Assembly (NCBI GenBank): GCA_902542145.1
Contig: CACBTL010000002.1
Location: 8,170-72,169 of the forward strand
Length of the DNA stretch: 64,000 nucleotides
From: an uncultured SAR86 cluster bacterium
GTDB lineage: Bacteria; Pseudomonadota; Gammaproteobacteria; Magnimaribacterales; AG-339-G14
Direction: 5' to 3'
Made by a program: the position numbers and the translations under genes. Shown here in pieces: positions 49,936 to 59,445 of the stretch; position 1 is the first letter of the stretch; each line of letters begins with the position of its first letter. The notes beneath the pieces were generated by a model that saw only the letters and a program-made list of their open reading frames with translations, had not been told where the DNA came from and searched no databases.

Positions 49936-50010
49936 TGGGGTGTGGCCAAGCGGTAAGGCAGCGGCTTTTGATGCCGCCATGCGTAGGTTCGAATCCTACC
50001 ACCCCAGCCA
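49936..50010 (+). tRNA. tRNA-Gln (anticodon UUG)
   Basis: I folded the cloverleaf by hand. The acceptor is TGGGGTG/CACCCCA, the anticodon stem GCGGC/GCCGC with loop TTTTGAT, and the T-arm GTAGG-TTCGAAT-CCTAC. CCA is encoded. It closely resembles E. coli tRNA-Gln. Confidence 0.92.
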
Positions 50011-50016
50011 AATAAA

Positions 50017-50973
50017 ATGTTAAAGCCTGCTAAAAATCTTATTTTATTTTCAGGTAATTCTAACAATGCTTTAGCTGGAAAGATTGCTAAAAAACTTGGT
50101 AAAAATCTAGGAAAAGCTGAAGTAGAAAGATTTAGCGATGGCGAGTCAGATGTAAGGATAAACGTTAATGTCAGAGGAAAGGATGTATTCATAATCCAAT
50201 CAACTTGTTCTCCTGCAAACGAAAATCTTATGGAGTTATCAATTATGATAGATGCTTTAAGGAGAGCATCTGCATCCAGAATTACTGCAGTGATTCCCTA
50301 TTTTGGTTATGCCAGACAGGATCGAAGAGTTAGATCTGAAAGAGTGCCTATTTCAGCAAAACTAGTTGCTGAAATTCTTCAAATTGCTGGTGCAAATAGA
50401 ATCATGACTCTTGATTTGCACTCAGACCAAATACAGGGTTTCTTCAATATACCTGTGGATAATATCTATGTTACAAAAGCATTCTTAAATCATATAAACA
50501 GATCAAGATATCTCAACCAAATTGTAGTTTCTCCTGATGTAGGTGGTGTTGTAAGAGCAAGAGCACTAGCAAAATATATGGGGGATACTGATTTAGCTAT
50601 CATTGATAAAAGAAGAGAAAAAGCGAATGAATCTGAAGTCATGAATGTTATTGGGGACGTTAAGAACAAAACATGCATTATTATCGATGACATAATTGAT
50701 ACAGCAGGAACTCTGTGCAACGCTGCTGATGCATTGAAAGAAGAAGGCGCTCAAAAAGTTTATGCTTATATTTCTCACCCAGTTCTTTCTGGTTCTGCAA
50801 TTGAAAAAATATCTGAATCAAAGCTAGACTCATTGATAGTAACTGATACAATTCCGCTCTCAAAAGAGGCTGAAAATTGTAAGAAAATAAAGATTGTCTC
50901 TATGGATTCAACATTAGCAGGCGCTATAACAAGAGTGAATAGAGAAGAATCAATCAGTGAAATGTTTTTATAA
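50017..50973 (+). CDS. prs: Ribose-phosphate pyrophosphokinase
   Basis: It has the [18 protein letters not shown] and [11 protein letters not shown] motifs. Confidence 0.96.
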   Translation: MLKPAKNLILFSGNSNNALAGKIAKKLGKNLGKAEVERFSDGESDVRINVNVRGKDVFIIQSTCSPANENLMELSIMIDALRRASASRITAVIPYFGYARQDRRVRSERVPISAKLVAEILQIAGANRIMTLDLHSDQIQGFFNIPVDNIYVTKAFLNHINRSRYLNQIVVSPDVGGVVRARALAKYMGDTDLAIIDKRREKANESEVMNVIGDVKNKTCIIIDDIIDTAGTLCNAADALKEEGAQKVYAYISHPVLSGSAIEKISESKLDSLIVTDTIPLSKEAENCKKIKIVSMDSTLAGAITRVNREESISEMFL

Positions 50974-50976
50974 AAA

Positions 50977-51678
50977 ATGAGCGAAAAAATAACTATATCT
51001 GGTGAATCCAGACAAGAAACAGGCAAGGCAAATTCAAGAAGCTTAAGATCTTCTGAAATAGTCCCCGGGGTTATATACGGAGAAGAAAAATCTTCAAATA
51101 TTAAAGTCTTGGAGAAAGATCTTAAGAAAATTCTTGAAAACCCAAGTATTTTTTCCCAAGTTATCGATTTGAATATTGATGGATCTCCTTTTGAGGTTCT
51201 ATTGAAAGACATTCAACGAAACCCGAGAAATGATAGACCTTCACACGTTGACTTCCTTGTTGTTTCAAAAGATACCAAAGTGACTGTTAATGTCCCGTTA
51301 AAGTTTACCAATGAAGATATTTGCGTTGGCGTCAAACAACAAGGCGGTATGATTTCTCACCTCAGAAACGAAGTAGAAGTTTTATGCTCTGCAGCCTCTC
51401 TTCCAGAATTTATTGAAATCGACACTCAAAACATAGAATTGAATCAATCTGTGATGATGTCAGAAATTTCCTTACCCGAAGGTGTCGAACTGACTAGCGT
51501 ATTGAATGATCTCCAAGATCAACCTGTTCTCTCTTGTGCTGTTACCAGAGCTTCTCTTGAAATTGATGATGATCCTGTAATTGGAGAAGATGGTGAAGAA
51601 GTTACAGACGATGCTGAAGCTTCTGCCAATTCATCTCAAACAGACGAATCTCAAGAAGAAGAATCTAACGATAACTAA
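50977..51678 (+). CDS. rplY: 50S ribosomal protein L25 (long Ctc form) with acidic C-terminal tail
   Basis: It has SRSLRSSEIVPGVIYG and a two-domain Ctc architecture. It lies between prs and pth. Confidence 0.9.
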   Translation: MSEKITISGESRQETGKANSRSLRSSEIVPGVIYGEEKSSNIKVLEKDLKKILENPSIFSQVIDLNIDGSPFEVLLKDIQRNPRNDRPSHVDFLVVSKDTKVTVNVPLKFTNEDICVGVKQQGGMISHLRNEVEVLCSAASLPEFIEIDTQNIELNQSVMMSEISLPEGVELTSVLNDLQDQPVLSCAVTRASLEIDDDPVIGEDGEEVTDDAEASANSSQTDESQEEESNDN

Positions 51679-51681
51679 TTT

Positions 51682-52260
51682 ATGGAGACCTTTTTAGTGG
51701 TTGGGTTAGGAAATCCTGGCTCAAGGTATGCTAATACAAGACATAATGCTGGAACTGATTTCGTTCATATGCTTTGTGAAAAGTATGACGTTGAGTTAAC
51801 AGAAAAGAAAAAATATAAAGCTTCTATAGGAAAATTTCTATTGAAGGATATGGAAGTCATACTTTCAATCCCTACCCTGTTTATGAATCAAAGTGGAAAA
51901 AGCGTCGCTCCCACTGTAAGGGGGGAAAATATAAAATTAAAAAATCTTCTTGTTGTTCATGATGATCTTGATCTTCCTCCTGGAGTATCAAAATTAAAAT
52001 TCTCTGGAGGAGATGGAGGTCACAATGGTTTAAAAGATATTATGCAAAGCTTATCTGGTAAAAAGGATTTTAAGAGGCTAAGGATTGGTATAGGTCATCC
52101 AGGTGACGCAAAAAAAGTTAATTCTTTTGTCGTAAAAAAAGGATCTTCTAGCGAAAGAAAAAATAAAATTATAGCGATGCATAATGCTTTGGAAGTTTTT
52201 GAACTTGTTGCTTTTGACGATTGGGAAAAAGCTTTGACGCAATTACATTCAAAAAAATAA
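51682..52260 (+). CDS. pth: Peptidyl-tRNA hydrolase
   Basis: It has VVGLGNPGSRYANTRHNAG and GHNGLKD. Confidence 0.95.
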   Translation: METFLVVGLGNPGSRYANTRHNAGTDFVHMLCEKYDVELTEKKKYKASIGKFLLKDMEVILSIPTLFMNQSGKSVAPTVRGENIKLKNLLVVHDDLDLPPGVSKLKFSGGDGGHNGLKDIMQSLSGKKDFKRLRIGIGHPGDAKKVNSFVVKKGSSSERKNKIIAMHNALEVFELVAFDDWEKALTQLHSKK

Positions 52261-53345
52261 TGGGACTTAAATGTGGGATTGTTGGATTGCCTAACGTAGG
52301 AAAATCTACCTTATTTAATGCGTTAACTTCATCTGGCATCCAAGCTGAAAATTTTCCTTTCTGTACAATTGATCCTAATGTCGGAATAGTAAATCTACCT
52401 GACAGCAGACTAAATAAAATAGCTGAAATTGTTAATCCTCAAGAAATAATTCAATCAACTGTTGAGTTTGTTGACATAGCGGGACTTGTTGAGGGAGCTT
52501 CCAAAGGAGAGGGTTTAGGTAATAAGTTTCTTGCAAACATCAGAGAAACAGATGCGATAATTCACGTGGTTAGATGCTTTGAAGATGAAAGCATAATTCA
52601 TGTCAAAGATAAAATATCTCCTCTAGATGATATAAAAACGATAGAACTAGAACTCATCCTTGCTGATATGGAAGTTCTTGAAAACGCTATCGAAAATGTT
52701 AAGAGGAAAGCAAAAAGTGGTGACAAAAAGCTTCTCTTTACCTTAGAGGTTTATGAAAAAACATTGGAATTTCTCAACAGAGAAGAAAATTTAAGAAATA
52801 TAAACTTTGAAAATAATGATTTAGCTGAACTTAAAGGCTTAAATCTTATTTCAATCAAACCTGTTATATATGTTGCAAACATAGATGATAGCCTTAGAGA
52901 AAATGAATTTTATTCATCCGTTAAAGAATTCGCCTCTGAAAATAATTCTCAAGTCATTGGTCTGTGCAATCAGCTAGAAGCTGAAATAGCTGAACTTGGA
53001 AATGACAAAGATGATCTTCTGAGAGATATAGGTCTGGAAGAACCTGGATTAAACATCATGATCAGGGCAGCGTTTGATAGCTTAGGTCTTCAAACCTTTT
53101 TTACGGCCGGAAAAAAAGAAGTTAGAGCTTGGGAAATAAAAAAAGGATCTCTTGCTCCTCAAGCTGCAGGAACAATTCATACAGACTTTGAAAAAGGTTT
53201 TATCAGAGCTGAAACCATTTCCTATGAAGACTATATTGAGTTTAATGGTGAGCTAGGAGCTAAAGAGGCTGGAAAATTAAGATCCGAGGGTTCTGAATAC
53301 ATCATTGAAGATGGAGACGTAATTCACTTCAGATTCAATGTATAG
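52260..53345 (+). CDS. ychF: Ribosome-binding ATPase YchF
   Basis: It begins MGLKCGIVGLPNVGKST from ATG 52260, in a TAATG overlap with the pth stop. The track start at 52221 is a spurious extension. Confidence 0.95.
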   Translation: MGLKCGIVGLPNVGKSTLFNALTSSGIQAENFPFCTIDPNVGIVNLPDSRLNKIAEIVNPQEIIQSTVEFVDIAGLVEGASKGEGLGNKFLANIRETDAIIHVVRCFEDESIIHVKDKISPLDDIKTIELELILADMEVLENAIENVKRKAKSGDKKLLFTLEVYEKTLEFLNREENLRNINFENNDLAELKGLNLISIKPVIYVANIDDSLRENEFYSSVKEFASENNSQVIGLCNQLEAEIAELGNDKDDLLRDIGLEEPGLNIMIRAAFDSLGLQTFFTAGKKEVRAWEIKKGSLAPQAAGTIHTDFEKGFIRAETISYEDYIEFNGELGAKEAGKLRSEGSEYIIEDGDVIHFRFNV

Positions 53346-53393
53346 CTTGTTGCTTGACTTTTAATGATCAGACTAAGAAAATTCTCTTTCTTT

Positions 53394-53470
53394 GGCTATG
53401 TAGCTCAGCTGGTTAGAGCGCTGCACTCATAACGCAGAGGTCGGTAGTTCAAGTCTACCCATAGCCACCA
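53394..53470 (+). tRNA. tRNA with CAU anticodon, most likely elongator tRNA-Met (tRNA-Ile2/lysidine not excluded)
   Basis: I folded the cloverleaf by hand. The acceptor is GGCTATG/CATAGCC (like E. coli metT GGCUACG), the anticodon loop CTCATAA, and the T-arm GGTAG-TTCAAGT-CTACC. CCA is encoded. There is one A31-C39 mismatch. Confidence 0.85.
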
Positions 53471-53473
53471 GGT

Positions 53474-55579
53474 TTATCCTTCGGTAGTTTCTTCCGGTGA
53501 ATTTACTGCTTTGATGCTGAGTTTTACCCTGCCTCTTTCATCAATACCAATGACTTTAACATCGACTTCTTCTCCTTCAACAAGATAGTCAGAAACTTTC
53601 TCAACCCTTTCTTCCATGATTTCTGAGACATGAACTAGGCCTTCTTTGCCGCCATCTATTGAAACAAAAGCTCCGAACTCGACAATTTTAACTACGGTTC
53701 CGGTATAAATCTGACCCACCTCAGGATCTGCAACAATTTTATTAATAAGATCTATGGCTGTTTGCCTTGATTCAGGTGAATCACCAAATATTTTAATCTC
53801 TCCATCATCATTAATATCAACATTTGCACCAGATTTTTCGGTAATACTTTTAATTACCGAACCGCCTTTTCCAATCACTTCTCTAATTTTATCTTTTGCA
53901 ATAGTCATATTTACGGCTTGTGGGGCATTTGGAGAAAGTTCTTTTCTTGGTGAGTCCAATACAGAGTCCATTTTTTCAAGAATGTGAGTCCTTGCTGTCT
54001 GTGCTTTCTCAAGAGCTACCTCCATTATCTCTTCTGATATTCCTTTAACTTTGATATCCATCTGAAGAGCCGTTACTCCATCTGAAGTTCCTGCTACCTT
54101 AAAATCCATATCTCCCAGATGATCTTCATCTCCTAAAATATCTGTTATGACGCAGAAATCATCTCCATCAAGAACAAGTCCCATAGCTACTCCTGCCACG
54201 GCTTTCTTGATAGGAATTCCTGCATCCATCAGTGATAAACTTGAAGAACAAACTGTTGCCATGGAACTAGAGCCATTCGATTCAGTTATTTCGGATACAA
54301 CCCTTATGGTGTAGGGAAACTCTTCTTGGGATGGCAAAACTGCTTCCAAAGCTCTTCGTGCCAATTTTCCATGACCGATTTCTCTTCTTTTCGGTGCCCC
54401 TATAAAACCTGCCTCACCAACAGAAAATGGAGGAAAGTTATAATGAAGCATAAAGGGATCATTTGATGTACCTTCTAGAGCATCAATTAATTGAGCATCT
54501 CTGGACCCGCCTAGTGTTGCAACACCAATAGATTGAGTCTCACCTCTCGTAAACAAACAAGAACCGTGAGATTTATTTAAAAATCCAACTTCTATATCTA
54601 TTGGTCTGACTGTATTAAGGTCTCTTCCATCTATTCTTGAATCTCCGTTAAGGAGCCTAGATCTTACTATTTCTGATTCTACTGATTTGAAATATCCAGA
54701 AACAGCGTTTTCATCTTCCAAATCTTCATCGCTAAGACTCTCTTTCATTTTATCTCTAGCAAGAGAGACTGATTCCTGTCTTTTAGACTTTTCTGGAATC
54801 GAATAAGCACTCACTAGGTCGTCTCTTACAATATTTATAATTTTTTCTTTTAATTCAGAATTATCTTCTTTTATAGAATATTCAATTTCAGGAATAGAGG
54901 TTTTTGAAGCGAGCTCTTCAATTAAAGTAATTGTTTTTTGCATTTCTTGATGAGCAAATAAAACAGCTCCGAGCATTTGATCTTCTGAAAGTTCTTTTGC
55001 CTCAGATTCAACCATCAAAATAGCATCTTTCGTTCCAGCAACAACCATATCCAACATCGATTTTTCAAGTGATTCATTATCAGGATTGAGCACATATGAT
55101 CCATCCACAAATCCCACTCTTGCAGCAGAAATTGGACCCTCAAAAGGAAGGCCAGATATCGCTAAAGCTGCAGATGCTCCAATGAGAGAAATAATCTCCG
55201 GACTTTCATTCTTATCAGCAGATAAAACTGTGCATATTACTTGCACTTCTTGAAAATAACCTTTTGGAAATAAAGGTCTTAAAGGTCTATCAATAAGTCT
55301 TGAGACAAGTGTTTCTTTTTCAGTTGGTCTACCCTCTCTACGAAAAAAACTGCCTGGAATCTTTCCTGCAGCATAATATTTTTCTGTGTAATTTACTGTT
55401 AATGGAAAAAAAGATTGGCCTTCTGGCTCTCTTCCAGCAACGACAGTTACTAGAACTTGATTATCGCCAGAAGAAGCAATGATAGATGCTGTGGCTTGTC
55501 GTGCTATTTTTCCTGTTTCTAATTTTATTTCTCTACCAGCTACATTTGTTGTAACTGACGCATAAGTCTCTTCAAACAT
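53474..55579 (-). CDS. pnp: Polyribonucleotide nucleotidyltransferase (PNPase)
   Basis: It is 701 aa with two RNase PH domains plus KH and S1 (GKGGSVIK; GQIYTGTVVKIVEFGAFV). Confidence 0.97.
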   Translation of the reverse strand: MFEETYASVTTNVAGREIKLETGKIARQATASIIASSGDNQVLVTVVAGREPEGQSFFPLTVNYTEKYYAAGKIPGSFFRREGRPTEKETLVSRLIDRPLRPLFPKGYFQEVQVICTVLSADKNESPEIISLIGASAALAISGLPFEGPISAARVGFVDGSYVLNPDNESLEKSMLDMVVAGTKDAILMVESEAKELSEDQMLGAVLFAHQEMQKTITLIEELASKTSIPEIEYSIKEDNSELKEKIINIVRDDLVSAYSIPEKSKRQESVSLARDKMKESLSDEDLEDENAVSGYFKSVESEIVRSRLLNGDSRIDGRDLNTVRPIDIEVGFLNKSHGSCLFTRGETQSIGVATLGGSRDAQLIDALEGTSNDPFMLHYNFPPFSVGEAGFIGAPKRREIGHGKLARRALEAVLPSQEEFPYTIRVVSEITESNGSSSMATVCSSSLSLMDAGIPIKKAVAGVAMGLVLDGDDFCVITDILGDEDHLGDMDFKVAGTSDGVTALQMDIKVKGISEEIMEVALEKAQTARTHILEKMDSVLDSPRKELSPNAPQAVNMTIAKDKIREVIGKGGSVIKSITEKSGANVDINDDGEIKIFGDSPESRQTAIDLINKIVADPEVGQIYTGTVVKIVEFGAFVSIDGGKEGLVHVSEIMEERVEKVSDYLVEGEEVDVKVIGIDERGRVKLSIKAVNSPEETTEG

Positions 55580-55608
55580 TTAATTTCCTTTATAAATCTG
55601 AATCTAAA

Positions 55609-55878
55609 TTACTTTCTTAAATTCAGTGCTTCTAGAACAGAAGAATAAGCATCGGGATCTTTTCCTTTGAGATAATCTAATAACTTTCTCCTAGAATTCA
55701 CCATTCTTATAAGTCCTTGACGGGAGTGATGATCCTTCGCATGATCTTGAAAATGCTTTTGTAACGATTCAATATTCGCAGTTAATAAAGCTATTTGAAC
55801 CTGAGGTGAACCAGTATCTCCGTCCGATACGGCGAATTTACTTACAATTTCATTTTTCTGTTCTGCTGTTAAACTCAA
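55609..55878 (-). CDS. rpsO: 30S ribosomal protein S15
   Basis: It has [14 protein letters not shown] and HDHHSRQGL, and is 89 aa. Confidence 0.97.
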   Translation of the reverse strand: MSLTAEQKNEIVSKFAVSDGDTGSPQVQIALLTANIESLQKHFQDHAKDHHSRQGLIRMVNSRRKLLDYLKGKDPDAYSSVLEALNLRK

Positions 55879-55894
55879 TGAGTCCTCCTAGTTT

Positions 55895-56779
55895 TTAAGA
55901 TAAAGATAGAAAATTTTCTAGGAATCGTTTTGGTTTAAGTAAACCTTCGTTATATTCTACCAATCCAATGAATCCCCTTTTGGAATCCCTTAGCCTTAAA
56001 ATAGTCGAAGAATCGTATTTCAAGATAGATTCGACGAATTGGCCGTTTCTTAATTTATCTACTATATCTGGCGCGCATTGTATCTCATTAAAGCAATTTA
56101 GTGCATCATTTGGTGAAATTATTTTATCGATAGGTAAAGTGTCTTCAGGAAGTTTGATTGCATTTTTCACATAGAAATTCCCTGATCTGGTTCTTCTAAG
56201 ATCTTTCAAATACGCAGGACAATTAAATAGTTCACCGATATCTTCTGCTAAGGATCTTACGTAAGTTCCAGAGCTACAAGAGACTTCAATATTAACTTCA
56301 TTTCCAACTATGGATAAAAGTTTTATTGAAGATATAAAAATTTCTCTTTCATCTTTGTCTATTTTTTTGCCTTTTCTTGCGTATTCATATAAAGATTTTC
56401 CTTTGTGTTTTAAGGCTGAGAAAGCTGGAGGTTTTTGTCTAGATTTGCCCAGGAATTTTTGAATTGTATTTTCTATATCTTTTGAAGAGAAATCTAAAAA
56501 TGAAAATTTTTTTGAATCAATTACCTCTCCCTCAGAGTCACCAGTGCTAGTCTTTTTTCCAAAGTATATGCATGCTTGATAAGTTTTTTCAGACGAGCTC
56601 AGATATGATGCAAATCTGGTCATTTGATTAAGACAAACTACCAATATTCCAGTAGCCATTGGATCAAGAGTTCCACAATGTCCAATTTTTAGTTCCGGTT
56701 CTAATATAGATAGTCTTCTTATATGAGAAGCAGACGACTCAGCTTTTGGTTTATCAATTTGAAGTACACCATTAATCAT
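55895..56779 (-). CDS. truB: tRNA pseudouridine55 synthase
   Basis: It has the GHCGTLDPMATGILVV catalytic Asp motif. Confidence 0.93.
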   Translation of the reverse strand: MINGVLQIDKPKAESSASHIRRLSILEPELKIGHCGTLDPMATGILVVCLNQMTRFASYLSSSEKTYQACIYFGKKTSTGDSEGEVIDSKKFSFLDFSSKDIENTIQKFLGKSRQKPPAFSALKHKGKSLYEYARKGKKIDKDEREIFISSIKLLSIVGNEVNIEVSCSSGTYVRSLAEDIGELFNCPAYLKDLRRTRSGNFYVKNAIKLPEDTLPIDKIISPNDALNCFNEIQCAPDIVDKLRNGQFVESILKYDSSTILRLRDSKRGFIGLVEYNEGLLKPKRFLENFLSLS

Positions 56780-57089
56780 AAATGTTTAGCTCATCATAAA
56801 TAAAAATCAGACTTGGAACTCTTTTCAAAGATAAATTTCTTGCCAGACTTGATCTTAAAAAGCCTGATGCCTTTTTAAAACCTTTTTCTAAGTCTGCTTG
56901 ATCGGAAGAAGTTATCAAATTTCTGTAAAAGATTTTGGCTATCTTCATATTGTCAGACATCTCTACTTTAGTAATGACAGTATTCTCTAGTCGGGGATCT
57001 TTTACCTGCGTTTGAACTAGATTTGAAATTTCCCTGAATATTAGATCTGCGATCCTATCAGACCTCTTAAATGAGTATTTATTTGTCAA
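56772..57089 (-). CDS. rbfA: Ribosome-binding factor A
   Basis: It has RSDRIADLIFREISNLV and VKDPRL, and is 105 aa. Confidence 0.9.
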   Translation of the reverse strand: MTNKYSFKRSDRIADLIFREISNLVQTQVKDPRLENTVITKVEMSDNMKIAKIFYRNLITSSDQADLEKGFKKASGFLRSSLARNLSLKRVPSLIFIYDELNIYD

Positions 57090-59440
57090 GATTCAAGTTT
57101 TCTAGCTATTTCTTCTCTTTCATATACTTCAATGACATCGCCAACTTTTGCATCAGTATAATTGGTAATTCCTATACCGCATTCAGTACCGCTTTTTACT
57201 TCTGAAGCCTCATCTTTGAATCGTCTTAAAGAGTCTAATTTTCCTTCATGAATTACAATATTATCTCTCAGAACTCTTACGAGTTTATTTGCCATTATGC
57301 TTCCATCAGTAACCATTGAACCTGCAATGAGTCCAAATTTAGGAGATTTGAATAATTCTTTTACTTCTGCGATACCCAATTGTCTTTCTTTTATCTCTGG
57401 CTCTAAAGATCCTTCTATCAAAGCTTTAATTGAGTCCAACAAATCGTAAATTATGCCGAAATACTTTATCTCTATCCCTTCGCTTTCTGCCAAGTTGAGT
57501 GCAGTGGTATCAGCTCTCACATTGTAGCCAAAAATAGTTGCCTCTGATGCAATTGCTAAATTGACATCATTTTCGGTAATAGAGCCCACTCCATCGAGTA
57601 CAATTTTTAAATTAACCTCATCAATCTTCATATTGAGAACTGAACCGGATAGAGCTTCCAATGTTCCGTTGGAGTCTGATTTAAGAATAAGATTTATTGA
57701 AGGTTTAGTTCCATCAGCATTTGCAAATATATTTTCAGAATTTAGAGAGCCCATTCTAGAAAGTCTTTTTTCTCTTTCTTTAGTAGCTCTTTCTTCTGAT
57801 AGATTTTTTGCTGTTTTTTCATCTTTTAATACATAAAACTGATCCCCAGCTGACGGAGGATATTCCAAACCTGATATAGAAACTGGCGAGGAAGGTTGTG
57901 CAGCTTTAATTGGTTTATCATTAAAATCTTTTAGAGCCCTAATTTTTCTGGTTTGATCTCCCACAAGAATAAAGTCACCTGTATTTAGGCTACCTTGTTG
58001 AATTAATAATGTAGCAACTGCACCTTCGCCTCTCTTTACTCCAGATTCTAAAACCACTCCAGTTGCAGGTCCTTCAAAAGATGCCTTCAAGTCCATGATT
58101 TCTGCTACTAAGAAAATTGTTTCTAATAATTCAGGGATTCCTTCTCCAGATTGAGCTGATACAGGAACCATTTGAATGTCACCGCCCCAATCTTCTGCAA
58201 CAAGTTCTTCCTTGGCTAAATCCCCTTTTATTTTGTCTACATCAGCCTCTGGTTTATCAATTTTATTTATTGCAACCACAATTTGTACACCAGCTGCTTT
58301 AGCATGATTAATTGCTTCAACTGTTTGGGGTTGAACTCCATCATCAGCAGCAACTACAAGAACAACAATATCTGTAGAATTTGCACCTCTAGCTCTCATT
58401 TTTGAGAATGCAGCGTGTCCTGGTGTATCAATAAATGTGAGATTCTTGTCTTCAATTGATACTTGATAAGCACCTATGCTTTGAGTGATACCTCCCTCTT
58501 CTTTATCTGCAACGGAGGAATTTCTTATGTAATCAAGAAGTGAAGTTTTTCCATGATCAACATGTCCCAGTACTGAGATAATAGCATCTCTTGCAATTTG
58601 CTCTCCCTCTTGAGCAAATCCCTCAAGCATTTTTTCTTCAGCTTCATTTTCTTGAATCGGATTGCCTACATGGCCCAGTTCAGTGGTTATGAGAACTGCA
58701 GTTTCTTGATCAAGAGACTGATTCACCGTAGCCATAATTCCATTATTCATAAGAGCTTTAATAAGGTCAGAAGATTTCACGGAAAGTTCTTTGGCTAATT
58801 CAGCTACAGAAATAGTTTCAGGAATTGATATCTCTTTCTGTACAAATTCAGTTGGCTTCTCAAATTTTTGGACCGATGCAAGCTGGGATTCTAAAAACTT
58901 TTCACCTTCTTGTTCTTTTTTATCCAGCTTCGAATCTTTAGAAGGACTTTTGAGATCCTTTCTTTGAGTTTTTGTTGTTTTTTTTGCTGAAGAACTACCT
59001 TTGCTTTGTTTTGCTTGTTCTTGTTTTGTTTTCCTAATTACCTTGGTTGAAGAATCTTTTATTCTTTTTTCTCTTTCTTCGTCTTGAGCTTTCTTATCAC
59101 TAGATGCCTGAACTCTCCTCTTTTCTGCAGCCTCAAAATCAATTGTTCCAGATAAATCTCCTGATGAACCTTTTTCTTTATCAGATTGAATCTCAGATTT
59201 AAACCTAGTGATAGAGATTTGACCTTCATCATTCTTAGTCTCAGTTTTTGTTTTCTTAGCAATAGAAATAGTTTTCTTAGATCCTTTCTTTGTACTCTTA
59301 ATGTGTTCAAGAATTTTTTTTCTATCTTCAGTAGAAATATTATCATCGGCAGATGATTGGGATAGGCCCGCTTGATTTATTGCTTCTAACAATGAATCTA
59401 CTTCGTATCCTATGACTTTTGCTAAATCACTTACATCCAT
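57086..59440 (-). CDS. infB: Translation initiation factor IF-2
   Basis: It has the G-domain motifs GHVDHGKTSLLD, DTPGH and NKID, and a Lys/Glu-rich N-terminal region. Confidence 0.97.
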   Translation of the reverse strand: MDVSDLAKVIGYEVDSLLEAINQAGLSQSSADDNISTEDRKKILEHIKSTKKGSKKTISIAKKTKTETKNDEGQISITRFKSEIQSDKEKGSSGDLSGTIDFEAAEKRRVQASSDKKAQDEEREKRIKDSSTKVIRKTKQEQAKQSKGSSSAKKTTKTQRKDLKSPSKDSKLDKKEQEGEKFLESQLASVQKFEKPTEFVQKEISIPETISVAELAKELSVKSSDLIKALMNNGIMATVNQSLDQETAVLITTELGHVGNPIQENEAEEKMLEGFAQEGEQIARDAIISVLGHVDHGKTSLLDYIRNSSVADKEEGGITQSIGAYQVSIEDKNLTFIDTPGHAAFSKMRARGANSTDIVVLVVAADDGVQPQTVEAINHAKAAGVQIVVAINKIDKPEADVDKIKGDLAKEELVAEDWGGDIQMVPVSAQSGEGIPELLETIFLVAEIMDLKASFEGPATGVVLESGVKRGEGAVATLLIQQGSLNTGDFILVGDQTRKIRALKDFNDKPIKAAQPSSPVSISGLEYPPSAGDQFYVLKDEKTAKNLSEERATKEREKRLSRMGSLNSENIFANADGTKPSINLILKSDSNGTLEALSGSVLNMKIDEVNLKIVLDGVGSITENDVNLAIASEATIFGYNVRADTTALNLAESEGIEIKYFGIIYDLLDSIKALIEGSLEPEIKERQLGIAEVKELFKSPKFGLIAGSMVTDGSIMANKLVRVLRDNIVIHEGKLDSLRRFKDEASEVKSGTECGIGITNYTDAKVGDVIEVYEREEIARKLES

Positions 59441-59445
59441 ATTTT

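Noticed and set aside
49770-50192. A 140-aa minus-strand ORF spanning the ispE end, tRNA-Gln and the prs start. Other antisense ORFs lie within prs and rplY (50490..51212).
   Set aside because: It overlaps a tRNA and two well-supported CDSs on the other strand, and it shows no motifs. It is a typical spurious long ORF of the kind AT-rich DNA produces in a stop-poor antisense frame.
53394-53470. The possibility that the CAU tRNA is tRNA-Ile2 (lysidine-modified), based on its TTCAAGT T-loop.
   Set aside because: The acceptor stem (GGCTATG) resembles elongator tRNA-Met rather than E. coli ileX (GGCCCCU). The evidence is insufficient to call it Ile2, so the ambiguity is noted in the feature instead.
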